The notes: generated by a model from the sequence alone, not told the origin. DNA of 64,000 bases from Octopus bimaculoides (GCF_001194135.2 NC_068983.1:87055285-87119284), one strand, 5' to 3'. Positions 37,901 to 52,537 are shown, numbered from the stretch's first letter. Program-made: numbers and translations.

Positions 37901-40900
37901 AGTGATAGAAGTGTTATGTCCTAGCCACATGTAACAATAAACTTTTCACACACCCTACCCCAAGAAACCGAACTACATCTCCTCTTCTAAACTACATCTT
38001 TCTCTTCTTCACATTTCCGCTTCATAAACTATGATTGTCTCACTCCTCTTCCCTACCCTCACTGCCCTGCTCACTGTATCACTGCTTTCCCTTGCTCTTC
38101 CTTCTGGCTGAGTAGCAATGTATCTCCTCTACTGCTCTTATTCTTGATCACTCTCTCTCTCCTTCTCTTGCTTTTCCCTTTCTCTGGGTAACCAAGTATC
38201 TCCTTTACATCAGCACACCTGTTTCTGTCCTCTTTCTCTTCCCTCTCTCTTCCTCCCACCTCTATCTCTCAGTAACCATGTACCTCCTCTATAGGAAGAC
38301 ACCTATTTCTGCCTCTCTATTTCTGTCACACTCTAACCTTTCATCATCTGACATCAGATCACCTCCTCCAGTGCTCCCTCCATTATAGCAAGAAACCTAT
38401 TTCTATCTCTGTCACACTATAACCTTTCATCTGACACAAAATCCCTTCCTCCAATGCCCCCGCCCCTCTCAAAATTCCTTGTTTTGTGAGTTACTTGATG
38501 ACCCTGCCAGTGCTGGTACCACGTAAAAAGCAACCAGTCCACACTGTAAAGTCGTTGGCATTTGGAAGGGCATCCAACTGTAAAAATCATTCCAAAACTG
38601 ACCTTGACTGTACTAGTGCTACATGAAAAGTACTGAGTCCATTCTGCAGAATGGTTGGTGTTAGGAAGGGTATCCAGCTATAAAAACCCTGCCAAAACAG
38701 ACACAGTAGCCTGGGGTAGTCTTCAACCTGGCTGGCTCCTGTCAACTGTTCTACTTATGCATGCGTGGAAGACAGACGTTTCATGATATTGATATATAAA
38801 TACTGTGACTCGAACTGGAATTGTCTCAGCGGCATGGGAGGTAATTCAAACTTGTAAAAATGTTCAGCTGGAAATAGTGTTGCTTGATCATATGGAATGT
38901 TGTTATGGTACTCTATGTCTTTCTTGGACTTGTTCTCAACTGGAATCATGTTATCACATTCATTATACCTGTGAGTGCTAACTTGAAAGATGAACTGATT
39001 GCCTGTGTTAAAAAGTAAATAGAGAAATCGTGTAGTGGGGAGGCAGTTATTTGTCTTTTTTTCTTATGTCTTATAAATTAACATTGCTCTCCTCACGACC
39101 TCTCAACCAGTTCAGGTTAAAAGAAGATTGGTTAGTTAACTCCCTGAAACATTTGACTGTTTTCATTTCATTTGTTTGCTTTAGATATTCTGTATATCTC
39201 TGCCCCCCCCTCCCCATTTCATTTGAATGATGTAAAAAGTTGAGAGACATGCTTGCATCACTTTGGTTTAGTTGACTTTTACAGTTTGACAATATTCTGG
39301 TATTTAGAATATGTGACATGATAGGATGGGGTGGGGGCTATTGTAAAACCATTCAAGAAATCTCATACGAAGGGGGCCAGCGAAACTTGCAAGGTGTGAA
39401 GCAGTTATAGTTACAGTTTGGTGGATATTCAATAAGAGACTATTATTGACAAGATCTGTATTTGGAGCATGAGCCATCACAGTGATATATTGAAGTAGAT
39501 CAGGAAGATAAGAAACAAAAGGAAGTGAGCAGAAAATTAAGGTGTAGATCAGATTGTTAGAAACCAAGTTTAGTTAGAGGTCCCAGGAATGTATATGTAC
39601 CTTTCAATATCATAACACTGTTATTAACAGTATGTATGGGTGTAATAATTCTTTCTAATTTTGGCACAAGGCCAGTAATTTCAAGGAGAAGGGATTTGTT
39701 GATACTATCAACCCCAGTACTTGACCGATACTTTATTTTATTAATTCTGAAGAATAAAAAGCAAAGTTGATCTTAGCAGTATTTGAACTCAGAACATAAA
39801 GAGCCAGAACAAGTGCCCTTAAGCTTTTTGCCCGACCCACTAATGATTCTGCTAGCTTCCTCCCTTAGGTATGAATACAATAATCAAAACATAATAAGAA
39901 ATGCAAACTCATTGGTAACATTGTTGTTCTGTTTAAAGAATAAACACCTCTTGAAAGGCAAATTCCTATTCTTCTTCTCTGAGACACAGTTCTCTCATAT
40001 ATTTCTAAACCATTTCTGATGTCCTGGCTACTCTGTATTCCAACTTCTTTCTGTCAATGTGCTTAGGTAAAATTCATTCTCCTAACTACCATATTTATTC
40101 ATGTATATACACTTTTTTTTCTAGATTTTTAGACTTAAATATTAGAGACAGGCCTCACTAGAGCTGGTGCCATTTGAAAAGCACTCAGTTCATTTTGTAA
40201 TGTGATTGGCATCAGGAAAGACATTCAGCCATATAAACCATGCCAAAACAGACAGTGGAGCTTGGTGCAGTCCTCTGGCTTGCCAGTTCCTGTCATGTCA
40301 TCCAACCCATGCCAGCATGGAAAACGGACATTAAATGATGATGATGCATAGTACATGAGAACAAATTGTTACCCATTGTTTCTCAATCATGTTGCCATAT
40401 TCAGGATTGAATGACTTAAAATTAGTTATGTATATCTATTGTCCAAGCTAACTGATATGCAATTAAGAAACACGGTCACTCTAATGATGTTATATTTTTC
40501 TGTAGTAGTGGTAATATATTAAATATTTGGTACAACTGGACATGAGGAATTACTGTCATCAACCTTCAGAACAGAAAGCCAGAATGTAATATTTCCAATA
40601 TCAAAAATACTACTTGAATAATTTAGTAAGATTAAATTAATAAATAATCAATATGGATAATTCTTGGATATTATCTTTATTGAAATGTGAATATACTCTT
40701 TAAAAAAACTTCAAAGATAAATATTTAAGTACTGTAATTATTATAATGAACTGTCATATACATTATTTTAAAAAGAATGAAAATATTTGATAATGATGGA
40801 AGTTTAATAGAAATGTTTACATTTTGCATTATCTTCTATACACGTTGACTTTAAAGTAGATACATTTTTATAGCCTACCCCAGTAAAGTTCAAAGATCAC

Positions 40901-41306
40901 ATTTGAATTTGCTTATTGTTTTATAGATTTGTGAACTTCCTCAATGCAATTATCATAAATCTGCTAAAATAGTTCATATTCTATACATCATTATACTAAA
41001 AGTAAAACAGTGCATATAATATGCAGTTTTATCTTTGCCTCATTGAAAACTTCAAGGAATTTTTTTGGAAATGGTCAAATTTGCAGATTTTCTAAAAACA
41101 ATGAAATGACAGGAAAAGTGAATGGATGTTGGATTTATTGATTTATTGTAAATCCATTGCAGTATTTATCTTCGTGTTTTTGTTTCTATGTTTTAAAAGT
41201 TTTATTTGATTTGATTTTTGTCTTTGGATTTTATTTCTGGTTTTCTTATTTTGAAAATACTATTAGGTTGCAAATCAACTAAACTGTTTTCTTTTTTCTG
41301 TTTTAG

Positions 41307-42234
41307 GTTGATTATGTTGACTATGTCTTAAAATTCTCAGAATTATTCTACACTGAGTTGATTGAATTAAAATCTACCAACCAGGATGTGTCTACTTTAA
41401 TTAAATCTCCCTATCTACTGAATTTTGCTGTCAAGCTTGAAATGCAGAAGGAGTTTACAAATTTTCAATTGACACTCAGAATCCGACATATGGCATTGAA
41501 ATTATTAACTTTGAATAATCAGAACATTTCTTTATTAGTTTCGGAGTTAGGTCGAACTTTTGAAAGATATCGTAAGCAAAACAATGGGAATAGTACTGAC
41601 ATTATAAACTGCGAATCTGCAGAAATTTGGGACAGTATTCTAAAGTGTGTTCATTCATCATTGCTCTCTGAACAAGCACCAAACAAATTTTTAACTGATG
41701 TTCTAGAATTACACATACACCATGCACGTTTTATCTATTTTTATGGTAAACACTACCACAATTCTAAGGCTAATTTTAGGAAAATTCAATCATTTCTTCA
41801 ACAATACACAAAGAAAGGTGATAACTTATTAAAAGGTTTAACTTGTTTATGTGATGCCATCTTGTTATTACAACAAAATGGGACAAAGGACTTTGATATT
41901 AACTTCTTATTTAACTGCATTGAAAATGTAAACAGTAAACTTAAAGGTGTAACCATTGAGACCAATTTCAATTCAAACTTAAGTAATTTAATTATTGATG
42001 CCTATGGAATATTTATTGATTGCTTCTCTCAGTGGGAGCCTTTTAAGACTGGTCAGCTTGAGAAAAATATGTTTCTCACAGTAGTAGAATTACTGGATAT
42101 GAGTGTTTCTGTACTTCACAGAAGGCCTGATGAGGCTGAGAATAATAATGCAAACCGGACAGGAAAATATAATGTGTTCCTACGTAATACATATGTTGTC
42201 TACATGGAGGTTTTGTATAGCCTCATAAAAACAG
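41307..42234 (+). CDS. ESPL1: Separase coding exon 3 (928 nt)
   Basis: Contains the longest ORF in the window (41358-42248). Pyrimidine tract + TTTTAG acceptor; VDYVDYVLKFSELFYTELIELK...VLYSLIKT; donor GTAAGT, phase 1. Confidence 0.85.
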
Positions 42235-42468
42235 GTAAGTCTATGTGACTATTGCTTTTCATAAAGAAATATTCTCAGTTCAAATCTTTGAAGTTAATGA
42301 AATATATATATTTCCCTTTCTGACAAATCTTGGTTCTGTCCCATTATGAGAGATACTTATTCAGGTTATTATCATGTATTAAGATGTCATCTTTAAACCT
42401 TTAAAGCTAACTTTTCTGAAACAGAGCAAAATAAAGACTGGAGCCATAATTTTTTTCTTGTTTTGAAG

Positions 42469-42585
42469 ATGATGCTGAAGAGTGGTTGCATGAAGCAGAA
42501 AGGGTTGCCAGAATATACTTTTCTGAAGTAACACATTTGTATGATGTTACAAAAAAGATTCTAGAGAAGCATCTTATCTTTATAG
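42469..42585 (+). CDS. ESPL1: Separase coding exon 4
   Basis: TTTTGAAG acceptor; DDAEEWLHEAERVARIYFSEVTHLYDVTKKILEKHLIFI; donor GTGAGT; phase 1-1. Confidence 0.8.
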
Positions 42586-44464
42586 GTGAGTATTTAGCTT
42601 TTCAGGAAATAATCTTAAATATTTACTATAAAAACTAATGTTTCTCTTAAATATTTGTTGAAAGGGAAATATCCATGTTTGTTGATAGCTAGTGGAAGCT
42701 GCTCATATATTCCAATAAATCATACACTTTGAGCTAAGTATAACAGTGGCAGATCTTGAATTATCTAATGCCTGCAAGATTGAATAGACATTTACACAAT
42801 ATATACAATATATGGACAGATGGGAATGCTATTTCAATCAGCTTCTATTGCTATTATGGATGAATGTTTTGAGGCCAAAAAATCAATATTTTTTATATTT
42901 TGCTATTTTGTCACATTATCTTGTGAAATTATGGCCTCTTTGCTATAATTACATTATCATCATCGTCTAACATCTACTTTCCATGCTGGGATGGGTTGGA
43001 TGGTTTGATATGGAACTGGCTAGCAGAGAGCTGTCTTGACTCCAGCTGTCTGTTGAGGCATGGTTTCTATGACTGGGTGCCCTTTCTAATACCAACCAGT
43101 TAACAGAGTGTGCTGGGTGCTTTTTAAATGGCACCTGCACCTGAAAGGACAAATCTCTATGTGTGGAAGACAGCAATTTTACTTATCTTGATGTGTCTTA
43201 TCAAGTACTGCAAATCGCCACATCTTCCGGTCCCATGTCATTTTCCTCAGTAAGGCCTAGCATCTGAAGATCTTTTGCAATAATAATATTTACCATTTTT
43301 ACAGTTGGTTATATTTCAAATTTGGAAGATTTTGATTCTTTTCTGATTTTTATAACTAAATTTAGCAAATAAAGAACAAATCTCCTTAAGTTTGTTTTTT
43401 TCTGGCATATATATATAGAATTAGCATTACTAATTTATTTGCATACATTTATCTTTTCCTTTGTTATTTTAATAACTAGACTAGTATTATGAAGACTAAA
43501 TTTTAAAACCATTTTGTAGTTTAGATTTTGAATTTGAAATTGGTATGCAAACAAGAAAGTGTTTTGTACAAGTTTGGGACTTAAGACAGAACAGAAAAAA
43601 TGTGAATTGGGAAGCTAGATATATTAGGTTGATATAAGTAAAGGTAGTGTGTAGCCAGGTGGTTTGCAGGAGCAGAAACTACTATAGTAAAGGTAGAGGC
43701 GGGAAAGACCACTCATATGGCCTAGAAGTTGCAGCCTGTAGGTGAGTGAGTTTAAGCCAATCAGCTGTTTTTCTTATGGCCTGGACATTTGCGATTACTT
43801 TTTACTTGTTTCAGTCATTGAACTGTGGTCATGCTGGAACACAACCTTGAAGGGTTTTAGTCGAACAAATTGAAACCCAGTACATATATTTTTAAAATCT
43901 GGTACTTACTGTATTGCTGAACTGCTATGTGAGAAGGACATAAACAAACCAACTCTGATTGTCTAGTAGTGGACTGGGGACAAGCGTGCACACGCACACA
44001 AGACATTGATCAGCCAGGGTATTGTGAAGTGGGGCTGAACCTGAAACCACATGGTTGCAAAACAAGTTTCTTAACTACACAGCAATAATTTTGTTTTGAT
44101 TTTGTTTGGAACATTTGCTTGCAAAGCAGCAGCAGTAGCATCACTATGCCACACATATCTGAGAACAATAGAAAATTGTGGATCACACTTCTGTTTTGTA
44201 GATGGTCTGCAACAGATCAGAGCTGAAGTATTTTCTGATTGTGAAGACAAAGCAGTGTTTAGGTTGCAGTTTTAACAATAAACAGTGTTATACATGTATG
44301 GTGACCCTTAGTGATCATCAGAGCTTATGACTTAACATCTGTAGCAGAAGGGTTGGGAGTTAGCTGTTTTGTTCATGTGAAATACATGATTGTAGTGATT
44401 TGGTCTTAATATTGCTGAAGGTAACTTAGTTGTAATGCATCTCCTGAAGATTGTTAATGAAGTT

Positions 44465-44960
44465 ATAATCATTGTCTTCATCATCTTTGTTTAATGTCCG
44501 TTTTCCATGCTGGTATGAGTTGGACGGTTTGACAGGAGCTGTCCAGACTCCAGTTGTTTGTTGTGGCATGGTTTCTATGGCTGGCGCCCTTCCTAATGCC
44601 AACCACTTTACACAGTGTGCTGGGTGCTTTTTATGTTGCATTTATGCAACATCAGCATGAGTGCATTTTACGTGGCAATGGCACCTGTAAAGGACAAGCC
44701 TGTATGTATGGATGACTTAGCTTGATGCCTTTTCTCAAGTACAGCAAATCACCACAACTCCCGAACCCTTGTCATTTCCTCAGTGAGACCCAGCATCCGA
44801 AGATCCTTTCTCATTACTTCATCCCACATCTTTTTGAGTTTATCCCTTCCACAGATTCCCTCAACAATTAGAGATCGGCACTTTTTTACACAATTGTCCT
44901 CATCCATATGCATTCTCTGGAAATTTGGTGCAAGGTATCTTGGTTGTGTAGGTGTCTGTA
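44465..44960 (-). mobile_element. RTE 3' end plus (ATG)n-tailed repeat
   Basis: EDNCVKKCRSLIVEGICGRDKLKKMWDEVMRKDLRMLGLTEEMTR, followed by the recurrent CATGGAAAACGGACATTAAA..GATGA tail. Confidence 0.7.
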
Positions 44961-45239
44961 TGTATGTTTGGAAGGTTAAGAACTGAAGCATGGTATTGTT
45001 TAATTAAAAATGTGTGTGTGTGGTTAGATGTAAGAGTGAAAAAGTTCTTAATGTACAGAAGGAACAAAATGTAAGATGTAACTGAGTTTTGTGGTACACT
45101 AAAATTGATAGCTTGTGGGTTGGAGAGACTCATGTTGTGCCAGAGCAGTCTGACAAGACACTTCTGATCCAAGAAATGAAATTTAAATGGAACCTGTATA
45201 GATAAAACAATTTTGTTATTGTTGATTCTTTTCATCTAG

Positions 45240-45367
45240 GACAATGGTTGAGAAATTTTGGCCGTTTTTGTTACATTAATGGTTATAACGAGCCTGGAAT
45301 AGGCTTCTATGAGCTATCAATTGAGCTGTTGAGTATTCAGGAGACTTATGGAGAGAATGTTGAGCAG
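45240..45367 (+). CDS. ESPL1: Separase coding exon 5
   Basis: TTCATCTAG acceptor; GQWLRNFGRFCYINGYNEPGIGFYELSIELLSIQETYGENVEQ; donor GTAAGT; phase 1-0. Confidence 0.8.
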
Positions 45368-46341
45368 GTAAGTCACTGAGTTGTCATCATTTTAACATAC
45401 ACTTCTTCCATGTTTGCATTGGTCAGATGGGATTTGTTGAGGTTGATTTCCTTCCTGATGCCCACTCTCTCACCAAGCTTCCACTTGTTTCCAAGCAAGG
45501 TAATATTTCCTCATGATCAGACACTTTCACAAAAGTTTGGAAATGAACCACACTGCTTGATGATGGTGATATTTGTATACACTAATGTGATGTCAAGACA
45601 AAGAGACCAAGACACACATGTGCATGTGCACATACACACACATCAGGTTCCTTTCTGTTTCTGTCTATCAGATTCTCTCACAAGGCTTTGGTTGGCCTTG
45701 CGCTATATTAGAAGACACTTGTCCTAGAGTCACATTGTTGGGAAGCAAACTTCTTAATCACACAGCCATGCCTGCATCTATTTAATTCATTTACAACTAT
45801 TTACTTAGTCATTTTCCTCAAATATTTGTAATTAACTTGTCATTTAAGTTCACATCACATAGCAGAAGGATGGAAATATATTTTCATTGCTAGTATCATG
45901 GTAAAATAATTTACTGATTTAAACCTGGCTTCATCAAGATTTGCTGAAAAGAAAATGCAGAGGCTTTTACTGTTCACTCCCTGCTTTACTGGTTTTGCTT
46001 AGTTTGCAAAGCAGCAGATTTTAAATAAGATTATAGATCTTTAATTGATATAGAAGATAATATTTATAACACTGTGTAGTTCAACTGCTGAAATATTATT
46101 AAAAAATATCTGAGTGCAGGAATTAAGCTTAAAGCTCATTCATCTGATCTTAGAATTTCAGGTAATCTTTGAATACCATAAATTTATTCTACTTAAATAA
46201 AGAAATATCAATGTAATACATTTTTAATGTTTAAACTTTTGTTATGTTGTTTAGTTTTTATAAATTATTTTCCATGGGAAAATTTATATGCTTAATTATA
46301 CCCCCAAGAATATATTGCATGTAATCTTTACTTTTTTTCAG

Positions 46342-46523
46342 AGCTATATAAAGACCTATGAGTATCTTGCTGAATTCTGCAAAAGATGTGGAAACTGGGA
46401 AAAAGCATTAAAAACTGTCATAAGTTGTTTATGTATCAACACAGATGCAGCGATGGTTGCAGCTTTGAAAATGTGGATACGCATAAAAAAAGAATATAAT
46501 AAAGACTCAGACCTAACTAATAA
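46342..46523 (+). CDS. ESPL1: Separase coding exon 6
   Basis: TTTTTCAG acceptor; SYIKTYEYLAEFCKRCGNWEKALKTVISCLCINTDAAMVAALKMWIRIKKEYNKDSDLTN; donor GTATGT; phase 0-2. Confidence 0.82.
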
Positions 46524-49015
46524 GTATGTAATTTTGGCTATTAAGTTCATTATCATTATTATTTTTATGTCCATTTTCCATGTTGGCATGGGTTGGATTG
46601 ATCTTCTGCGCAGTGCCTCATCACTTGATGCAATATGTTTCATGTCCTTCATTAAGTTCAGCATCCTGAAATCAGCTGTCACTACTTTTTCCATGTCTTC
46701 CTTGATATTCTTTTGCAGGTTCCTTTCACTTAAATTACTTGGTTCTTCTTTACCCAGCTGTTATCACATGTCCATAGCAGTGCAGCTTTCCTTGCACATT
46801 TCATATGATTGTGCCGGTGGTACGTAAAAAGCACTATCCGAATGTGATCGATGCCAAGCCCGCCCGACTGGCTCTGATGCTGGTAGCACGTAAAAAGTAC
46901 CCCCTGACTGGCTCCTGTGTCGGTGGCACGTAAAAAGCACTATCCAAGCGTGATCAATGCCAGGCCCGCCTGACTGGCTCTTGTGCCAGTGGCACATAAA
47001 AAGCACCCACTACACTCTCGGAGTGGTTGGCGTTAGGAAGGGCATCCAGCTGTAGAAACATTGCCAGATCAGATTGGAGCCTGGTGCAGCCGCTGGCCCT
47101 TCAGACTTCTTTCAAACTGTCAAAACCATGCCAGCATGGAAAATGGACGTTAAATGATGATGATGACCTCTTATGCTCAATTTTTATCTCAGCTTATGCT
47201 TTGTCTTTCATGTATACTAACATTACACATTCAATTGAGCATGCTTACTCCATTTTCTTCGAGCCCTTACATGTCCTCTCCATTCAGTGCCCACATTTTG
47301 CTTTCATTACACCTTGTACATTTGTGTCATACAATCTATCCTCATCCAGAGAAAGTCCTTTTTACCATCAGAAGTTATAACTTTCTAAGTGTTTTCCATC
47401 CTGTTCTTATTCTACCTATTATGCTTTTAGAGCACCCACCTTCACTACTTATTGAGTCATTATTGAGAGAACCTTTCAGTTACTTCTATTGAGCCTACTG
47501 AGCATTTGAAAGAATTTATTTCACTAGTGCTCTTAATGTTTACTTATGTGCATCTGTTACATCAAAGTTTTCTTTGTCAGCCTGTCTATGATCCCACTAG
47601 ACTTAGTTTACATTGTGTATAAAACTACAGCTGTCACTCATTAATGAGTCTGACAGTGTTGAATGTACTATGCTTCTGCTAATTGTCTTAGGTATTGATG
47701 GAGTTGTGAGCAGACATAGATTCCCTGTCATCCCATTCTGTCTTTGATTCCAGCAGTACATTCAAGATATGGCAGCTAATGGGAGAGAGGTGTACCAGCA
47801 TTCAGTTTGTACTCATTTGAGATACTTTGCTCAAGGACACAACATACTGCTTAATCCAAGAGTTGAACCCATGAGCTTATGGTTATAAGTCCACTCCCCT
47901 ATTCACTAAGTCAAGCCCTTTCACACATTGGCTACGCTGTATTGAATTCCTATCTACTCTTTTTCTGCATATCAAGCATAGTCACTTCCTATATAGCAGA
48001 AGAATCTAGTCTTTCTTATTTCTTTATTGCCCACAAGGGGCTAAACATAGAGGGGACAAACAAGGACAGACAAAGGGATTAAGTCAATTACATCGACTCC
48101 AGTGTGTAACTGGTACTTAATTTATCAACCCCAAAAGGAATTTGAACTCAGAACGTAATGGCAGATGAAATACCGCTAAGCATTTCGCCTCGTGTGCTAA
48201 CGTTTCTGCCAGCTCGCTGCCTTTAATCTAGTCTTTCTTGCTAAGTAAAGCATTTGTGTTTTGCTTGGGTTATATTGATATCTCTTGGTTCTAGGCTTTA
48301 CTTCCATGTTTAGCATTTCCTCCTTGCATTGTCACTTTATTCAAGATGCATATGTGTGGGTTTCCATACTTACAACAGGAACTGAATGGTACAATTGGAA
48401 GTAGAGACAACCATTGTAATAACATATGCAACCACAATATATTCTGAACTGTAATTAAACAGTTGAGTTGAATAAATTCTTGCATGGTGCCTTACTCTTA
48501 TCTTCACAATATAATCATTCCTGGATATGCACAAGAGGAGCACGACCAAAATGTAAATGGATTTCTGAAGGTCATTAGGTGGAGACACCTAACAGTTAAC
48601 AACTCAAAAACTGTGGATCTGTTCAATGTCCTTGGATACTGTGTGGGGAAGGGTATCATTAAGCCATACTATGAGAACTTCCACCTCTAGAAAATTTGTG
48701 GTCCTTAAGAAGGGCACTTAGAATGTTTGCATATTGTGCCAAGTGGATCAGTGGGTTCTCTGATAAAATTCAATGGAGAAGCATTGAGATCATTGTTGTG
48801 TACAGCAACAAATACTACACCCCATGAATGTAACTTTGCATTCCAATACTGCTTTTCCCATGAAAATTTACTGTCTTCCTGGTTAATTACTCCTTGACCA
48901 GTACACCTCAGAACTTCATGAAGTGCAAATGTACTTTTTTTTAACATATATTGTTGGATCCTATTTCAGTTCTCAGTATAGATGCTAATTTTAATTGAAG
49001 CTCTATTTCTTTTAG

Positions 49016-49120
49016 AACTTTGAAGACATATGTTGAAGAAAATGTTGGAGCATCAGACAAAACCAAAATAAATTTGAATCAACTTCTAGAAAAAGAATGG
49101 CAGATGTATCAATCTTCCAG
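49016..49120 (+). CDS. ESPL1: Separase coding exon 7
   Basis: TTTCTTTTAG acceptor; KTLKTYVEENVGASDKTKINLNQLLEKEWQMYQSS; donor GTTTGG; phase 2-2. Resembles separase LLEELQAY segment. Confidence 0.8.
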
Positions 49121-52008
49121 GTTTGGAAAATTTTGTTGTTTATTAATATAAAATTATTTACTTTTTATGTTTTGTATTTATCTATTCCATATTGGTACAG
49201 ATAGATAGTTATGCAAATTTGAAATTCTCTGGTCACAACTTAATCATTGGTTACTTTGTTAGCAATTACTCATGTTTTAACTTTTTGTTTTTTCTCTGAA
49301 AAGAAATTCAAGTATTCTTGAAACATTTTGGTCATATTCAGTTTACAAAGTTTTCAAATGAAGTTGAAGATGATTGGTTTTGTATGCAAAATCTAAAAGA
49401 GCCCTGCATTTTAATGATGGTTTAGTGGGAAATATATTGGATATCTGTGTAAGTTTGAATCCACTGCAGGCATTTCATTGTGTTTCTTAGCTGTTGGGGA
49501 ATGATGCCAGATCATTTGGAAATGTTAATAGTCTTGTGTTCTGTTCAGGTAATATTTATCTTTTATATTTCAAGACAAGTGATCAGAGTTAAGCACTGAC
49601 TCTTGACAGTCTCTCAGTGTTGAGGTGGCATTTACATAGTCATTTAATGTCTGCTTTCCATGCTGATATGGGTTGGATAGTTTGACAGAACTAGAAAGCT
49701 GTGGAGCTCCAGTGTCATCATTAGCATGGTTTCTATGGTTGGATGCCCTTCTTAATGCCAACCACATCACAGAGTGTACTTGGTGCTTTTTTCATGTCAC
49801 TGGCACCAGTGAGGTTGCCCTATAAAAAAAGAGCAGGGGAAAAAGCTCCCACTACTAAGAAGTATTTGGGAGAGGAAGCTGGAGGTGGGTGGCTTTATAC
49901 TAAGTGCTAGAAGTCTAAAGCATGATAAAGGGACAAGCACAGGTGTCTTGCAATAGAGGAGATACATAGCTGAAGAAGATAAAAGGAAGGTAGTGATGGG
50001 GGTGCTAGAGCAAACACTCAAGAAACAAGAAGGTGAGCATCAGAGAGGACATGGCCACTGGGTCATGGGAGGGAATGAGAGTGGATGCTTTCTTTTTCAT
50101 ACATTTATGAAAATTATTGATGATGAGCTAATTTTCTGTTTTAATTTTACTAAACATTACTTGTTTCTTTTACAGTCTATTCAAATAGAAGTTAAAAAGA
50201 AAAATAGTTGTTGTTTTGTGTAGCACCACATCAATTCTGATGGAGCAGACTTATTGCATGTAGTTAGTCGAACAATTAGGTATGATCTGCAGATCTAAAG
50301 CCTTGGATATGCTATTCCTTCATCTAGTTGAGAACTGTACTGAATATCATTACATGCAATGGTTAATAGTATGTAAGATGTTTGTGTTAATGGTGTATAT
50401 ACTGTTTATATAACATTCAGAAAGTAGAGTGTTAGGGAGATATTTATTCACTTAGAGTTTTGACTAAAAAGCATTTTATACTAAATTCCACAATATTTGA
50501 ATTTTATCCCATATAAATATTAGTTAGGCATTGGTATCAGTCATCTTTGGTCTATCCTGACACAAAAGAGCTTTGTTAGTAATAGTCCTGTTATTGTTGT
50601 TTACCCTCAGTCAAACTTGAATAAGTAAACTTATGATCAAAAGCATTTCAACCATGACCATCTTGTCTTTCTTTGTTTTTGATGCATATCTGATCATATT
50701 AACCAATGTTTTCACCCTTGTTGAAGATAGTGGGGTTTAATTTGAATGAGATTTGGTTGCATTTTCTAGCAGTCAAAATGAATAGAGGTGTTAGGTGAGA
50801 CTAAACATCAAACTAAACGTATTGTTATTTAGTTTTGACCCTCTTGGTTTTGAAATCAATTCTCATTAAGATTGTCTTTGCCTGCCATCCCCTCCAGGGA
50901 TGTTAAGGTACCAGTAATATACTAGAGTTGTTGCAATTAATCACATCCTTTACCACCAACAATAATTTGGCTTGTACTATTGTAAGGTAGTAATTAGCAG
51001 AGTTGTTACAGCATTGAACAGAATGCTTCATTATAGTTGTTCCAACTCTAAGCACTCTGAATTCAAATCTTGCTGAAGTCAATTTTGCCTTTTATTCTCT
51101 CAGGGGTCAGCAAAAAAGTACAGTCCAAAGTAGCTGGATTAGCAGAACTATAAGAATGTTGGATCAGTTGCCTTGCGGTATTGTTCTAGCTCTTTGCATT
51201 CTGAGTTCAAATCACACCATGGTCTTCTTTGGTACTAGACTTAACCTTTCGCCTGGTTTAACATCACCACCTGGCACTTTGGTTGTCGTTCGTGGAGTCT
51301 ACGCTGTTGCAAGCATACAGAGTAGGTTTCCAGTTTGCAGATACCTTCCTCTCTCTTTCCCATCAATTCAAAGACTCTATTGGATCATGAGCATTGCCTT
51401 CCCTCCTGACTGAAAGATAAAAAAAAAAAGAGGTAATCCTATTATTATGGAGGGTTCTGTGGTTTGATCATCATGTCTTCGTAAATTTGGAGTTACTTTA
51501 TTTATTCTTTATCCTTTAGAGAAAAGTATGAACTTCACAATGTCTTATTACTATTTCTATAAACTGAAAGTATTATTCTTACATAAGAAATCAGTATTAT
51601 TCAGGCAATATTTCAAATGGGGGAGAGTTTCAGGAGAGGGTTTTGTTTTCCAATAAGGATAGTTTAATCTTTTTTTCTCACCAGATTTCATATGGGAATG
51701 TAATGAATTGGCAGTAATAAGAGGGTCAGTTAAAATGCTTTGTGGTATTTGTTCTAGTTATCTGTTCTCTGAGTTAAATTTCTGCTGAGGCTAACTTTGT
51801 TTTCAATTCCATCCTTTAACTGGAGGAAGAAAGATAAAATTACCATCCTTAAAAGGATATAACCAAACGTTAAAAAGTATTTTCTCAATCGCTCCACTGA
51901 TACTGCCATCTATTTTCCAAAGCTATAGGTTTCAGAAACCATTAATCTGTATTCTGAATTATAAATTGTTTTTAATATTTTGCTGTTTCTGTATTTTAGT
52001 AATTTCAG

Positions 52009-52140
52009 GAAAAGCCAGAGAGATCTTGCCATTTCTATGTTAGCTGAACTTTCAAAATCTGCTGCTACAACATATCAGAAATGCTTTTATCTCTATGAAC
52101 TTGCCCAACTTTTGTGGCTGAATACTCAAAAAGATGGAAA
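52009..52140 (+). CDS. ESPL1: Separase coding exon 8 (alternative in-frame start at 52000)
   Basis: RKSQRDLAISMLAELSKSAATTYQKCFYLYELAQLLWLNTQKDG; donor GTAAGA; phase 2-2. YLYELAQLL resembles human HLVELAQVL. Confidence 0.82.
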
Positions 52141-52448
52141 GTAAGACTTCTTTAGGTTTCTACTCTTAATTTTTTAAATATATGTACTTCTGGGTGGTGC
52201 GATTAAAAAATTTAGTTTAAGACCACATGCTTTAGGGTTCACTCCCATTGCACAGACCCTATCAACTTGTGTCTTCTACTATAACTGCAAGTTGACCAGT
52301 GCCTTATAAATGTCAGAAACTGGAAGAAGCTTGTTGTATATATAAATACATATCATCATCAATATTTAACACCCGTATGGTGTGAAGACAAATAAAATAC
52401 ACACACACATCCATTCATCCATCCATCCATCCATTCATCCATCCATTC

Positions 52449-52480
<32 letters not shown>

Positions 52481-52482
52481 CG

Positions 52483-52537
<55 letters not shown>

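Noticed and set aside
50175-50223. Extra separase exon after TTTTACAG
   Set aside because: There is a stop codon in the required phase-2 frame, and exons 7 and 8 already join in frame with continuous homology.
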